A stretch of 64,000 nucleotides of DNA, taken from assembly GCA_963703285.1 (NCBI GenBank), contig OY969807.1, positions 1,120,001 to 1,184,000 of the forward strand. The letters run 5' to 3'. This stretch comes from an uncultured Nitrososphaerota archaeon (lineage in GTDB: Archaea; Thermoproteota; Nitrososphaeria; Nitrososphaerales; Gagatemarchaeaceae). Position 1 is the stretch's first letter, and each line of letters opens with the position of its first letter. A program made the translations under genes and the position numbers. Positions 29,480-37,864 of this stretch are shown here, piece after piece. The notes beneath the pieces were generated by a model, which was given only the letters and a program-made list of their open reading frames with translations, made no database searches and was not told the origin of the DNA.

Positions 29480-29849
29480 TCCCAGCCCAGAGGCTGAACG
29501 ACACCCGCGCGCCATCCACGAATCAAAATTACACAAAGCGTGTTCTATGCGCGATACCGTCAAGATAAGAGAGTGATTATGGCTAGGAGGACGCCCTTCG
29601 CATTCATTTGATGCTCCTCTTTCCTTTGTCCGTCAGCATCCACTGATTCTGCCTTCCGACCCTTTTGCCCTTGACAAGACCCTCTGAGACTAATTCGTAC
29701 AAATGAAGCTGGGCCGTGTTCCAGCTCTAAGGGATCGCCTTGGCACTCATCTCCGTCTCTATTGGCCAGGCTTCCGTCAGCAAGTAGGCGACTACCTATC
29801 GAATTTGTAAGCTCATTTTCTGTGGTTCTGTTTCGGTAAAGGAGGAAAA

Positions 29850-29930
29850 GGCACACACTTGGCATGATGTGATTGTGCTCTCGGCGAGAACGCCGAGGAA
29901 ATCCATATCAAAGCGATGGCTGGCACTTGA
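29850..29930 (+). repeat. degenerate tes 3'-end copy
   Basis: GTHLA*CDCALGENAEEIHIKAMAGT*. Confidence 0.9.
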
Positions 29931-29945
29931 GCCCGGGCGTGGCTA

Positions 29946-30380
29946 TTGCGGCCTAAGGTTCAGGTAGTTTTCGACTCCAAGGATCCCGAGCGTTTAGCTT
30001 CCTTCTATGCCAGGGCCCTAGGCTACAAGCTGCAGGAGCCACCCAAGCCCTACGCGTCCTGGGACGAAGCTCAGAAGGACTGGGGCATCCCCGAAGAAGA
30101 CTGGCACGACTGGGCGGCGATAGTCGACCCCGACGGGACGGGCCCTCGCATCTACTTCCAGAAGATGGACACCCTGAAGACCGCAAAGAACCGGCTCCAC
30201 ATCGACGTGAACGCGAGCGAAGGGCACACCGCCTCTCCCGAGAAGCGCAAGGAGCAGGTCGGGGCCAGGGTGGACTACCTGAAGTCGCTCGGCGCGAGCC
30301 GACAGGGCGAATTCGACGAGAACGGTGACTACTGGGTCGTCATGCTCGACCCCGAAGGCAACGAGTTCTGCGTCCAATAG
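29946..30380 (+). CDS. VOC/glyoxalase family protein
   Basis: DPERLASFY, KNRLHID, WVVMLDPEGNEFCV. Confidence 0.9.
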   Translation: MRPKVQVVFDSKDPERLASFYARALGYKLQEPPKPYASWDEAQKDWGIPEEDWHDWAAIVDPDGTGPRIYFQKMDTLKTAKNRLHIDVNASEGHTASPEKRKEQVGARVDYLKSLGASRQGEFDENGDYWVVMLDPEGNEFCVQ

Positions 30381-30408
30381 GTCTGGCCCGCGTTGCCGTC
30401 TGCGAATC

Positions 30409-30468
30409 GGCTGCGGGCTTCCCTAGAACGGCGAAGAGATACACATCCAGCCCATCACCGGGAGCTAG
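30409..30468 (+). repeat. degenerate tes 3'-end copy
   Basis: GCGLP*NGEEIHIQPITGS*. Confidence 0.9.
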
Positions 30469-30782
30469 GCTGCAACATATTCCGCTGACAAATTCTGCTG
30501 ATCCCCGCTGATCGTCTTCTCACGAACTAACTTTTACAGACCTTGAGGGCCGCGCGCTTTGCGGGAGTCAGGGGCCGTCTGGATGGCTATCTTGCCCCCT
30601 CAAGACCGGCCCTTGCCTGAACACTCGATGTGAGCGTAAAGGGATTACGGCGGTTGTTCCTTACCCCGTCGGGAAGCCAGACAGCGGAGGCTTCTGTGGT
30701 GGAGGAACTGGCTTCGTTCGGGAGATACGTCGAAGGGTTGCCTCGCTCGGGAAGTTCCAAGCTTAATTATCAGGGGCACGCA

Positions 30783-31886
30783 GTGATTCTGTTGAACCCC
30801 AAGTCAAGAAGAGCGGGCACAAAGTCGTCGGTCGCCGGCCTCCACGAGGAGGTGGCGAGGAAGGTGATTTCTGATTCCCTTCACCTGAAGAAGGGAGAGT
30901 CGGTGACGGTCGAGACCTGGAACAACGGGTTGCCGATGGCCCTTAGGTTTGTGGGCGAGGCGAGAAAAACCGGGGCCATCCCGCTCATGCTGTTCGAGGA
31001 CGAAGACACCTATGTCTTCGGCGTGAAGAACGCTCCGAAGGAAGGCCGCGGGAAGATGGGAAAGCACGAGCACGGACTCCTCGCAGCCTCGGACGCGTAC
31101 TTCTTCATCCCCAATGAGCTCCTCGAAGGATACACGAGGAGGATTACTCCGGACGAGGTCGAAGAGGCGACGGCCTACGGCGACTCGTGGTACGAGGCTG
31201 CTCAGAAGGCCGGGCTCAGGGGGGCGAGGATGAGCTTCGGCTTCGCGGGGAAGGAGCTCGCGAGGCTGCTGGGCAAGTCCCTCGAGGAGATAGAGGTCCA
31301 TCAGCTCAAGGCTGCACTAGTCGACTTTGGCTCGATCAGAAGGGCAGGGAACGGGCTGGCATCGCGTCTCCCGGACAGCGGTTCCGGCTCCCTCACCTCA
31401 CCCGGTGGTTCGCACCTGAGGTTCGAGTTTGAGCGTGGCGTGCACCTCGAGGACGGCATCGTCGATGCGAAGGACGTCGCAACGGGGCACAACATGACCT
31501 ACCTCCCACCCGGGTTTCTCAGGAAGAGCATCAGGCCGGAGTCGGTGAGCGGAAGTGTGAAGCTTTCGCCTTCGATTGGCTGGACCGGAATCATCGGTGA
31601 CGCGACGCTGGACTTTGAGAAGGGACGACTCGTCGGGTGGAAAAGCATTTCATCGAAGCGCATGCTGGACGAGGCCATCGAGGACCAGGTCGAGAGCGAA
31701 AGGATGGTCAACGCGTTGACCATCGGGCTCAACCCGCTGATGCGCTACGGCTACGGTCAGGACAGGTTTGTGGCCGGTTCCATAGGCGTCGCGGGATTGT
31801 CCTTCACTGGCATCGTGAGGAGCGGCACGCTCCGGGCGGGCCACTCGGTCGTCGTGAATAAAGGGCGACTGGCTCTTCCCTCCTAG
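30783..31886 (+). CDS. M29 aminopeptidase-like protein, metal ligands apparently missing
   Basis: SLHLKKGESV N-terminus, LDFEKGR, IGLNP; TATA-like box ~30763. Confidence 0.65.
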   Translation: MILLNPKSRRAGTKSSVAGLHEEVARKVISDSLHLKKGESVTVETWNNGLPMALRFVGEARKTGAIPLMLFEDEDTYVFGVKNAPKEGRGKMGKHEHGLLAASDAYFFIPNELLEGYTRRITPDEVEEATAYGDSWYEAAQKAGLRGARMSFGFAGKELARLLGKSLEEIEVHQLKAALVDFGSIRRAGNGLASRLPDSGSGSLTSPGGSHLRFEFERGVHLEDGIVDAKDVATGHNMTYLPPGFLRKSIRPESVSGSVKLSPSIGWTGIIGDATLDFEKGRLVGWKSISSKRMLDEAIEDQVESERMVNALTIGLNPLMRYGYGQDRFVAGSIGVAGLSFTGIVRSGTLRAGHSVVVNKGRLALPS

Positions 31887-31951
31887 CTCTGCGCTTCATG
31901 CTGAAGCAGGGCGCACCCTCATTTTTTACCGGCCCAAGAACATTGCAAGGC

Positions 31952-32160
31952 ATGCCCCCGGAGGACGGGGCCCGGATTGAGGCCAAATTGAGGAAAATCG
32001 AAGCGACCATCGCACACTTGCAGAGCGGGAGCAACAGCTTCTCGAGGTGATATCTGCACTTACGAAATCGACGATCTCCGAATCGCCTGCGTAGCTGCAA
32101 CAGCCCGAATTCAGTGAGAGGGCCCTGGACAGAACCTCATCCGCATCGGCGGCTTCGGGA
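31952..32160 (+). pseudogene. decayed paralog of 39098..39508
   Basis: MPPEDGARIEAKLRKIEATIAHLQ, frameshift, ESPA*LQQPEFSERALD, internal deletion, LIRIGGF. Confidence 0.8.
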
Positions 32161-32236
32161 GGGCTGGCCCGGGAAATAACTTCACAGAAATACGACAAGC
32201 TGGGCGGCCCCATGAGAGCGAGGAATCGCCTGAACC

Positions 32237-32333
32237 AGGGGTAGCGCGGAGAGGCGACCACGTCGCGGGCTGTGGCTGCGCCCTCGGAGAGAACGGCGAG
32301 GAGATCCACATCCAGCCAATCGCCGGTACCCAG
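32237..32333 (+). repeat. best-preserved tes 3'-end copy
   Basis: RRGDHVAGCGCALGENGEEIHIQPIAGT(Q). Confidence 0.95.
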
Positions 32334-32418
32334 TTGGTTACTAGTCCGCCCCCGAGCTTGGCAGAGCGTTTTTGGTTCGAGGGGAATCACTCGCCTGCGT
32401 GAGGTCGGAGGAGCCCTT

Positions 32419-33285
32419 TCACGAGCTGAAGAGCAACGGAATAATCCTAAGGTCACCGCGGCGGAGGAAGATCCTATCCAGCTCCTGGTTCTCTTCGTCG
32501 GTGAGCCTCCAGTCCGTCGAGCCGAGGTTCTCCTCAACGTGCGCCGCGTGGGATGCCCTCGGAATCGGGAAGACGTTCCCCTGCGAGAGCAGCCAGTTGA
32601 GAGCCACTTGGGCGGCGGTCTTCCCGTGCCTCGCCCCGATCTCCCGGAGCTTCGGGTCAGAGACGAGCTTCCCATGGCCCATGGGGAAGTAAGCGAGGAG
32701 TGCGACGTTCTCGTTGCTGCAGAACGGGAGTATCTCCCTCTCCATCCTCCTGTCCGCGAGGTTGTACGGCATCTGGATCGAGGCGATGCTGTGCTTCTTC
32801 ATCGCGTCCTTCGCAGCGATGGTCTGCTTGAAGGAGAAGTTCGAGATCCCGATGGAGCGCGTGAGGCCCCTGTCGACCATCTCCTCCAGGGCCCCCATGG
32901 TCTCCTTGATCGGCACGAACGGGCTGGGTTGGTGGACCTGGTAGAGGTCCACGTAGTCGAGCTCGAGCCTCTTCAGGCTCCTTTCGAGGGCCCTGACCAG
33001 CGCGTCGTGCCGCAGGTGGAGGAACATTACCTTCGTGGCGATGAAGAGGCCCTCCCTCTTTCGCCCGGATATGGCCTTCGCTACGAGCGGTTCGGAGTTG
33101 TAGACCTCGGCCGTGTCTATCAGCGTGATGCCTCCATCGAGACCCGCCTTGAGCGCCTCCACCTTTGATGACGCGCCTCCCCTGCTCCCGAGTCTGGCCT
33201 TGATGATCCAGGGGAAGTCGTAGTAGGTGCCCATCCCTATGGCGCTCACCTGCCTGCCTGTCGGGCCGAAGGGCTTGAGTTCCAT
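32419..33285 (-). CDS. aldo/keto reductase
   Basis: IDTAEVY, IATK, SLKRL..VDLYQVH, IGISNF. Confidence 0.92.
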   Translation of the reverse strand: MELKPFGPTGRQVSAIGMGTYYDFPWIIKARLGSRGGASSKVEALKAGLDGGITLIDTAEVYNSEPLVAKAISGRKREGLFIATKVMFLHLRHDALVRALERSLKRLELDYVDLYQVHQPSPFVPIKETMGALEEMVDRGLTRSIGISNFSFKQTIAAKDAMKKHSIASIQMPYNLADRRMEREILPFCSNENVALLAYFPMGHGKLVSDPKLREIGARHGKTAAQVALNWLLSQGNVFPIPRASHAAHVEENLGSTDWRLTDEENQELDRIFLRRGDLRIIPLLFSS

Positions 33286-33440
33286 CTTGATGGATGCGGT
33301 TTTCCCGGTCCTTAAATCGGCTCTGGTTGCTCGACTTCGGAGACCTGGTAAGAGTTCCAGCCATTCATCCTCCACTTCGTCGGCCGCTCTTCGAGCCGTC
33401 GTAGCGCCTCGGGATTTCAGCCCGAGGTTCGTCGCAGCCT

Positions 33441-33505
33441 ACGGGCTACCAGCGGCCGTGATCCAGTAGTGCGGCGAAGAGATCTTGCTTAGTTGACGCC
33501 GTACT
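33441..33505 (+). repeat. possible highly degenerate tes 3'-end copy
   Basis: exact GGCGAAGAGATC core at 33473 with weak flanking similarity; intergenic. Confidence 0.35.
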
Positions 33506-33549
33506 CGCCTGTTTTGCAAGTCTTATAAGTAAGTGGGAATCGTTGTGGG

Positions 33550-33801
33550 ATGGGAACGGTTATGGGAGAGGCAGTGATCGACGGGAGAGGCAGAATAGTC
33601 ATACCTAATGAGATAAGGGAAGAACTCAAGTTGAGACCCGAGCAAAAGCTGAGAATATCGACGAAGGGGAAGGAGCTCGTGCTCTCGCCAGAGATTGAAG
33701 CGGACGAATTCATCTCCCAACTGAAGGGGTGCGTCCATGGTTCGGGAATCAAGCCAGAGGATCTAAAGACCATCTGGGGTGTCGACCATGCTCATCATTG
33801 A
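33550..33801 (+). CDS. AbrB/MazE-type antitoxin
   Basis: IDGRGRIVIPNEIREEL. Confidence 0.88.
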   Translation: MGTVMGEAVIDGRGRIVIPNEIREELKLRPEQKLRISTKGKELVLSPEIEADEFISQLKGCVHGSGIKPEDLKTIWGVDHAHH

Positions 33802-34213
33802 CACGAACATCTGGGCCTACTATTTCGACAGGGACTCACCGGAGCACGGATCCGTCGTCGCACCCGTTGAGGAGGCCCTCAGGTCAGAGCAGATAGCCAT
33901 CAACACGATAGTAATCATGGAGTTGGCGCATTTTCTCGTCAAGAACCTCGGCCCTGTTGATGGCGGCGAAAAGCTCGGGGTGTTCCTTCGTTTTCCCTTG
34001 GCCATATCCGAATTCGACTACAGGACCGCTCTCGATTCTGTGGAGATGCTCAAGAGATATTCCCACCTGGGCGTGGGCGGCAGGGATGCGACAATACTCG
34101 CCCTGATGGACAGGGCCAAGGTGAAGAAGATCATGACTCATGACGCAGCTCTGAAAAGAGTTGACTGGTTGGAAGCCACGGACCCGGTCATAAAGCCGAG
34201 AGAAAGTGAATAG
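33788..34213 (+). CDS. vapC: PIN-domain VapC toxin
   Basis: IIDTNIW, E, RDATILA, MTHD acidic PIN residues; overlaps antitoxin. Confidence 0.88.
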   Translation: MLIIDTNIWAYYFDRDSPEHGSVVAPVEEALRSEQIAINTIVIMELAHFLVKNLGPVDGGEKLGVFLRFPLAISEFDYRTALDSVEMLKRYSHLGVGGRDATILALMDRAKVKKIMTHDAALKRVDWLEATDPVIKPRESE

Positions 34214-34344
34214 AGAGGCCACCGAGGCCCGGTCCGTGCGCAGGTCGCACGGGGCAGAGCGGCCGGTAGGGCTGGGTCGTCACGTTCTACGGATAGCCGT
34301 GGGCCCTTGTCCCTTGCACCTGCCATAGGGCCGGGCTGACGCAA

Positions 34345-34599
34345 CTAGGTCATCTTCTTCGTCTCGTACATCTCGGCGTTGGGAAAGGACAGCTCAACCT
34401 TCGAGGTCGTATGAAAGAGGAAGCCCTTGTAGCTCGTGAGGTACTGCCAGGTGGGGCTGAAGCCGAGCTGTCCGGGTCTGCTGAAGACCACGACGGGATC
34501 CTGCATGCTACGAACGATACGATTGAATACGACAGAATCGACCGTGACCTTGTGCCCGAGGACGGCTTTCGCCCTCGCCGCATCTCCTCCGCTTTCCAA
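34345..34599 (-). CDS. hypothetical protein
   Basis: YLTSYKGFLF motif; upstream AT-rich box. Confidence 0.5.
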   Translation of the reverse strand: MESGGDAARAKAVLGHKVTVDSVVFNRIVRSMQDPVVVFSRPGQLGFSPTWQYLTSYKGFLFHTTSKVELSFPNAEMYETKKMT

Positions 34600-34642
34600 G
34601 CCGCCCCTTGAGGAGGCGCTGCCCCATTAATATCTTTGGAAG

Positions 34643-34724
34643 AGTGGCGACCTCGTCCCCGAATCCCGGAGGTCAGGAGAGCACGACAGCCAAAGTCCGC
34701 CGCAAGCGGATCGCAGGCACCTAG
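34643..34724 (+). repeat. highly degenerate tes 3'-end copy
   Basis: AGT GGC GAC CTC GTC..GGA GAG CAC GAC..CGG ATC GCA GGC ACC TAG (SGDLV..GEHD..RIAGT*). Confidence 0.55.
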
Positions 34725-34813
34725 AACCTGAAGGTGGGAGAGTTCACACTGTCTCCCTGACCTGAATCACCTCAACCGCCTTCCCTCCGCCACCTTTACA
34801 AAGCCGCGGACCA

Positions 34814-35140
34814 GTGTCAGGAAGGCGTCCCTTGTCTGAAATCGAGACCTTCTTTCGGCACTGCCCCGCCTGCGGAAGGCGGTTTGAAGTAAGACTGGTG
34901 GGCAAGAAGGTGGTCAGCGACGAGGAACACGAGTCCGAAGCGCCAGTGGAGGTTCCTACCGCCTTGCGCTCGACGCCCGCACTCTTTCTCCCCGTCACGC
35001 TGGATGAGGAAGTGCCGACCCTCGTCAACAGGGACGAGTTCCAGTACTCATACGTCTGCAAGCACTGCGGTCACCGCTGGTTGGAACTCCGCACCAAGAC
35101 GAACGAGATGAATAGACCCAAGGGCTACGAGGGTGACTAA
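34814..35140 (+). CDS. Zn-ribbon protein
   Basis: CPAC..YVCKHCGHRW. Confidence 0.7.
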   Translation: MSGRRPLSEIETFFRHCPACGRRFEVRLVGKKVVSDEEHESEAPVEVPTALRSTPALFLPVTLDEEVPTLVNRDEFQYSYVCKHCGHRWLELRTKTNEMNRPKGYEGD

Positions 35141-35155
35141 CTCGGCGGTCCTTAA

Positions 35156-35203
35156 GGCCGTGAGTGCGCCCTCGGCGAGAACGGCGAAGAGCTCCACAGT
35201 TGA
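35156..35203 (+). repeat. degenerate tes 3'-end copy
   Basis: GRECALGENGEELHS*. Confidence 0.88.
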
Positions 35204-35341
35204 CTGATTGCATGGAGGCTCTGGTGACGCAGGAACTGGAGATGGCCTGACCCGATAGTCAGCACCCGTCTCGGTGACCCTGCGGGCTACCAAAACCAAC
35301 GACTCGAAACGCGTATTAGCAAGAGAGAGTACATTCGGGAC

Positions 35342-35476
35342 ATGCCAATCTGTCCCAAGTGCCACAAGCTGATCAGCTCGAACAACTATGCCAGGCACAT
35401 CAGGCGGTGTGGTACGACGCACAAGCGAAGCCCACAGGCACTCACCAGCGGGGACAACTTCTTCATGCGAGTCTGA
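35342..35476 (+). CDS. 44-aa C2HC zinc-finger microprotein (not in ORF track)
   Basis: MPICPKCHKLISSNNYARHIRRCGTTH... Confidence 0.55.
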   Translation: MPICPKCHKLISSNNYARHIRRCGTTHKRSPQALTSGDNFFMRV

Positions 35477-35618
35477 AAGAAGCGTCCGCGGTGTAACTTT
35501 CCCGGCAATCGAGACTCAGCGGGAGCCTTGGAGGTTTGAGGGCGAGCACCGACCCTTCCTTCCTCGCGCGGTGACTACCGGCCGGATTTGGCAGGGATCG
35601 CCGAAGGCGGTCGGCTGG

Positions 35619-35834
35619 CTAGAATGTTGCTTGGATGGTCGTCAGCTCATCCTGAGGGGGAGTGTACACGATCAGGGGCGCGGCCTGATTCGCCTTCCCC
35701 AGGATCCTGAAGAGCTTGGTCCCGCAGCTCGGACAAGTCCCCTGAAGCGCCCTTCTGCCGTTCCTCATCTGTACCTCGGACACTCCGTTCATCTCGCGCT
35801 TCGCCTTCTCCTTCATGCAGAATGCTTCGGTCAT
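35619..35834 (-). CDS. DUF5679-like small protein
   Basis: EAFCMK..KREM..NGRRALQGTCPSCGTKLFRI. Confidence 0.75.
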   Translation of the reverse strand: MTEAFCMKEKAKREMNGVSEVQMRNGRRALQGTCPSCGTKLFRILGKANQAAPLIVYTPPQDELTTIQATF

Positions 35835-36071
35835 GAGTCTCCTGTCGTCCCTTGGCGATAAAGGGAAAGGAGCCAAATCGATTTCACCCCGCCATCAAGA
35901 AGATTGTCTGCCCGGGATGCCGCGTAGAGGTGCACGAGGTATCAGATGATTTCAAATGAGACGATAGCCCGTGAGATGCGGAGAGAGATGATCGGGGTCG
36001 ACAGGCCTTCCGGGAACTGGTTCGCGCCGGTCCGGAAATCCGTCCCCGCGTCTGGAGGAGACGGACACCGG

Positions 36072-36773
36072 ATGCCGCGCAAGTACTGGCACTATCTCTT
36101 CGTGGTTTCAATATTCACAATATCCCTAAGCGTTCTAGCCCTGCTTAACTCGTACTTCAGTTTCTTCAATCTATCGTCTTACAAAATCAGTCTATCGTCG
36201 CCGTTCCTGTTGGCGAGTTACCTCGGCATGTTCATCAGCCTCGCCTTCCTACCAATTCCCGATTACATTCTCGTTCCGGCGTACGGCTATCTATCGTCGA
36301 TAGGTGTGTTCGACCCGTATACGACGTTCCTAGTATGCCTTGCGGCCGCTGTATTTCCCATAGAGTACGTACCCGGCAGGCTTGCAGGCAGACCACTGCT
36401 CTTGAAAGGCCTGTCCTACTTTCGCATAACAGAGAAGGACATCGAAGTCGCCGATAAATGGTTGGAGGAACACGGAAGGTTCTCGGTCTTGATATCAACC
36501 TTCATACCGTACTTCTACAGCGTCACTTCTCTGGCAGCCGGGACGCTGAAGATGAATGTGGTCGCGTTCCTTCTGGCCAGCGCCACAGGATTCGGGTTGA
36601 GGTACGTACTCCTTGAATACGTTGGCTACCACAGCGTCTACATCTTCACCGCTTCATTCGACTATTCTCAAAGAACTCTCTTCTCTCTGCTCCTGATTTT
36701 CTCATTTGTTTACGCGGCTCTCTATCTCATTGGAACTCTCCGATCCACTCGCCGAATGGCTTCAGCCCCATGA
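36072..36773 (+). CDS. DedA/VTT-domain membrane protein
   Basis: LPIPD, KWLEEHGRFSVLISTFIP, LAAGTLKM. Confidence 0.8.
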   Translation: MPRKYWHYLFVVSIFTISLSVLALLNSYFSFFNLSSYKISLSSPFLLASYLGMFISLAFLPIPDYILVPAYGYLSSIGVFDPYTTFLVCLAAAVFPIEYVPGRLAGRPLLLKGLSYFRITEKDIEVADKWLEEHGRFSVLISTFIPYFYSVTSLAAGTLKMNVVAFLLASATGFGLRYVLLEYVGYHSVYIFTASFDYSQRTLFSLLLIFSFVYAALYLIGTLRSTRRMASAP

Positions 36774-36847
36774 CCGCCCTCCGACGAGAGGTGGCAGAAC
36801 AGTAATGCACAAGCGTTAAGTATTACCGATGTCGTATGTATTACGAA

Positions 36848-37102
36848 ATGTCCGAGGCGATTGTGTCAGTCACAAAGAAGGGACAGGCGACGATTCCAAG
36901 CAAGCTGAGGAAGAAACATGGGATAGGGAGGAAGGTGCTTGTCGTCGACACCGATGCTGGCGTGCTGCTGAAGCCCGTCCCCGACCCTCTTCTCGAGAAG
37001 GGGTCTTTGAGCAGGGTGTTTGAGGGGCAGGGTTCGCGCGACCTCATCGACGAGGCGAGGGCAGCCGAACGTTCCAGGGAACTCGCCGCCACGCGACGAT
37101 AG
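36848..37102 (+). CDS. AbrB/MazE-type antitoxin
   Basis: VTKKGQATIPSKLRKKHG; GTATTAC-like motifs at 18-bp spacing upstream (36802 inverted, 36820, 36838). Confidence 0.88.
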   Translation: MSEAIVSVTKKGQATIPSKLRKKHGIGRKVLVVDTDAGVLLKPVPDPLLEKGSLSRVFEGQGSRDLIDEARAAERSRELAATRR

Positions 37103-37107
37103 ACGCC

Positions 37108-37509
37108 ATGCAGACCGTAGTCTTCGATAGCCAGTCGCTCCTCAAGCTCTACCTCGGCGAGCCGGGTGCGGATGGCGTGGTGCGCCTGCTGAGGGAGGTC
37201 CAAGAAGGAAGACTCGAAGGACGGATGAGCATCGTTAATCTGGCTGAGGTCTACTACATACTCTGTAGAAGAAACAAGGAGATTGCCGAAGAGAAGGAGA
37301 AGAGGCTCAGAGAGTACGGCGTGGCCTTGGTTCCCGTGGACCCGGAATCGTCTCTATGGAAGAGAGCGGCCACGCTCAAGGCTGCGCACGGTATGTCATT
37401 GGCTGATGCCTTTGCTGCGGCGACGGCGATGGAGCTTCATGCAAGACTCGTGACTGGAGGGGATGCGGAGTTCGAGGACATTCCGGCGCTTAGAGTGGAG
37501 AGGGTCTGA
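37108..37509 (+). CDS. vapC: PIN-domain VapC toxin
   Basis: VVFDS, NLAEVYY, SLADAF, LVTGD.EF. Confidence 0.88.
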   Translation: MQTVVFDSQSLLKLYLGEPGADGVVRLLREVQEGRLEGRMSIVNLAEVYYILCRRNKEIAEEKEKRLREYGVALVPVDPESSLWKRAATLKAAHGMSLADAFAAATAMELHARLVTGGDAEFEDIPALRVERV

Positions 37510-37579
37510 GCGGCTTCCACCGGCTCTTGGTGGGCTCCTCAAGCGACCCTGGCGTTTTTTCACGCACAGGCAACAACAG

Positions 37580-37862
37580 TAACAGTTCGACCTTCGCTGT
37601 GGGGATGAGCATGTTCGCGATAGCGTACTTCCGCCGCCACTTCGATCATCCAGGGAGGCTCTGGAGCTTCGCATCGAAGAACTTCTATGGGGCGTTCATC
37701 CTCCAGGCCCCCGTCATCGTCACGGTCGCGGCCGTCCTCCTCTCTTCGGTCAACATTGAGTCGCTGCTCAAGTTTGGCTTGGCAGCTGTGATCATAGTGC
37801 CCCTGACCTGGTCGCTGGCATATCTTGTCAGGAAGATACCGTATGTCGACCGCGTCCTCTAG
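37580..37862 (+). pseudogene. C-terminal fragment of an acyltransferase-3 family membrane protein
   Basis: FRRHFD..NFYGAFILQAPV..LLKF..RKIPYVDRVL; N-terminal part absent. Confidence 0.6.
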
Positions 37863-37864
37863 AA

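Noticed and set aside
6907-35203. tes repeats as a CRISPR array or classical attC sites
   Set aside because: Spacing is irregular and gene-sized, the copies are diverged protein-coding sequence, and no cas or intI gene is seen.
36774-36800. GCCCTCCGACGAGAGGTGGC resembling the start of the tes repeat
   Set aside because: Short and needs gaps; cannot be told apart from chance in GC-rich DNA.
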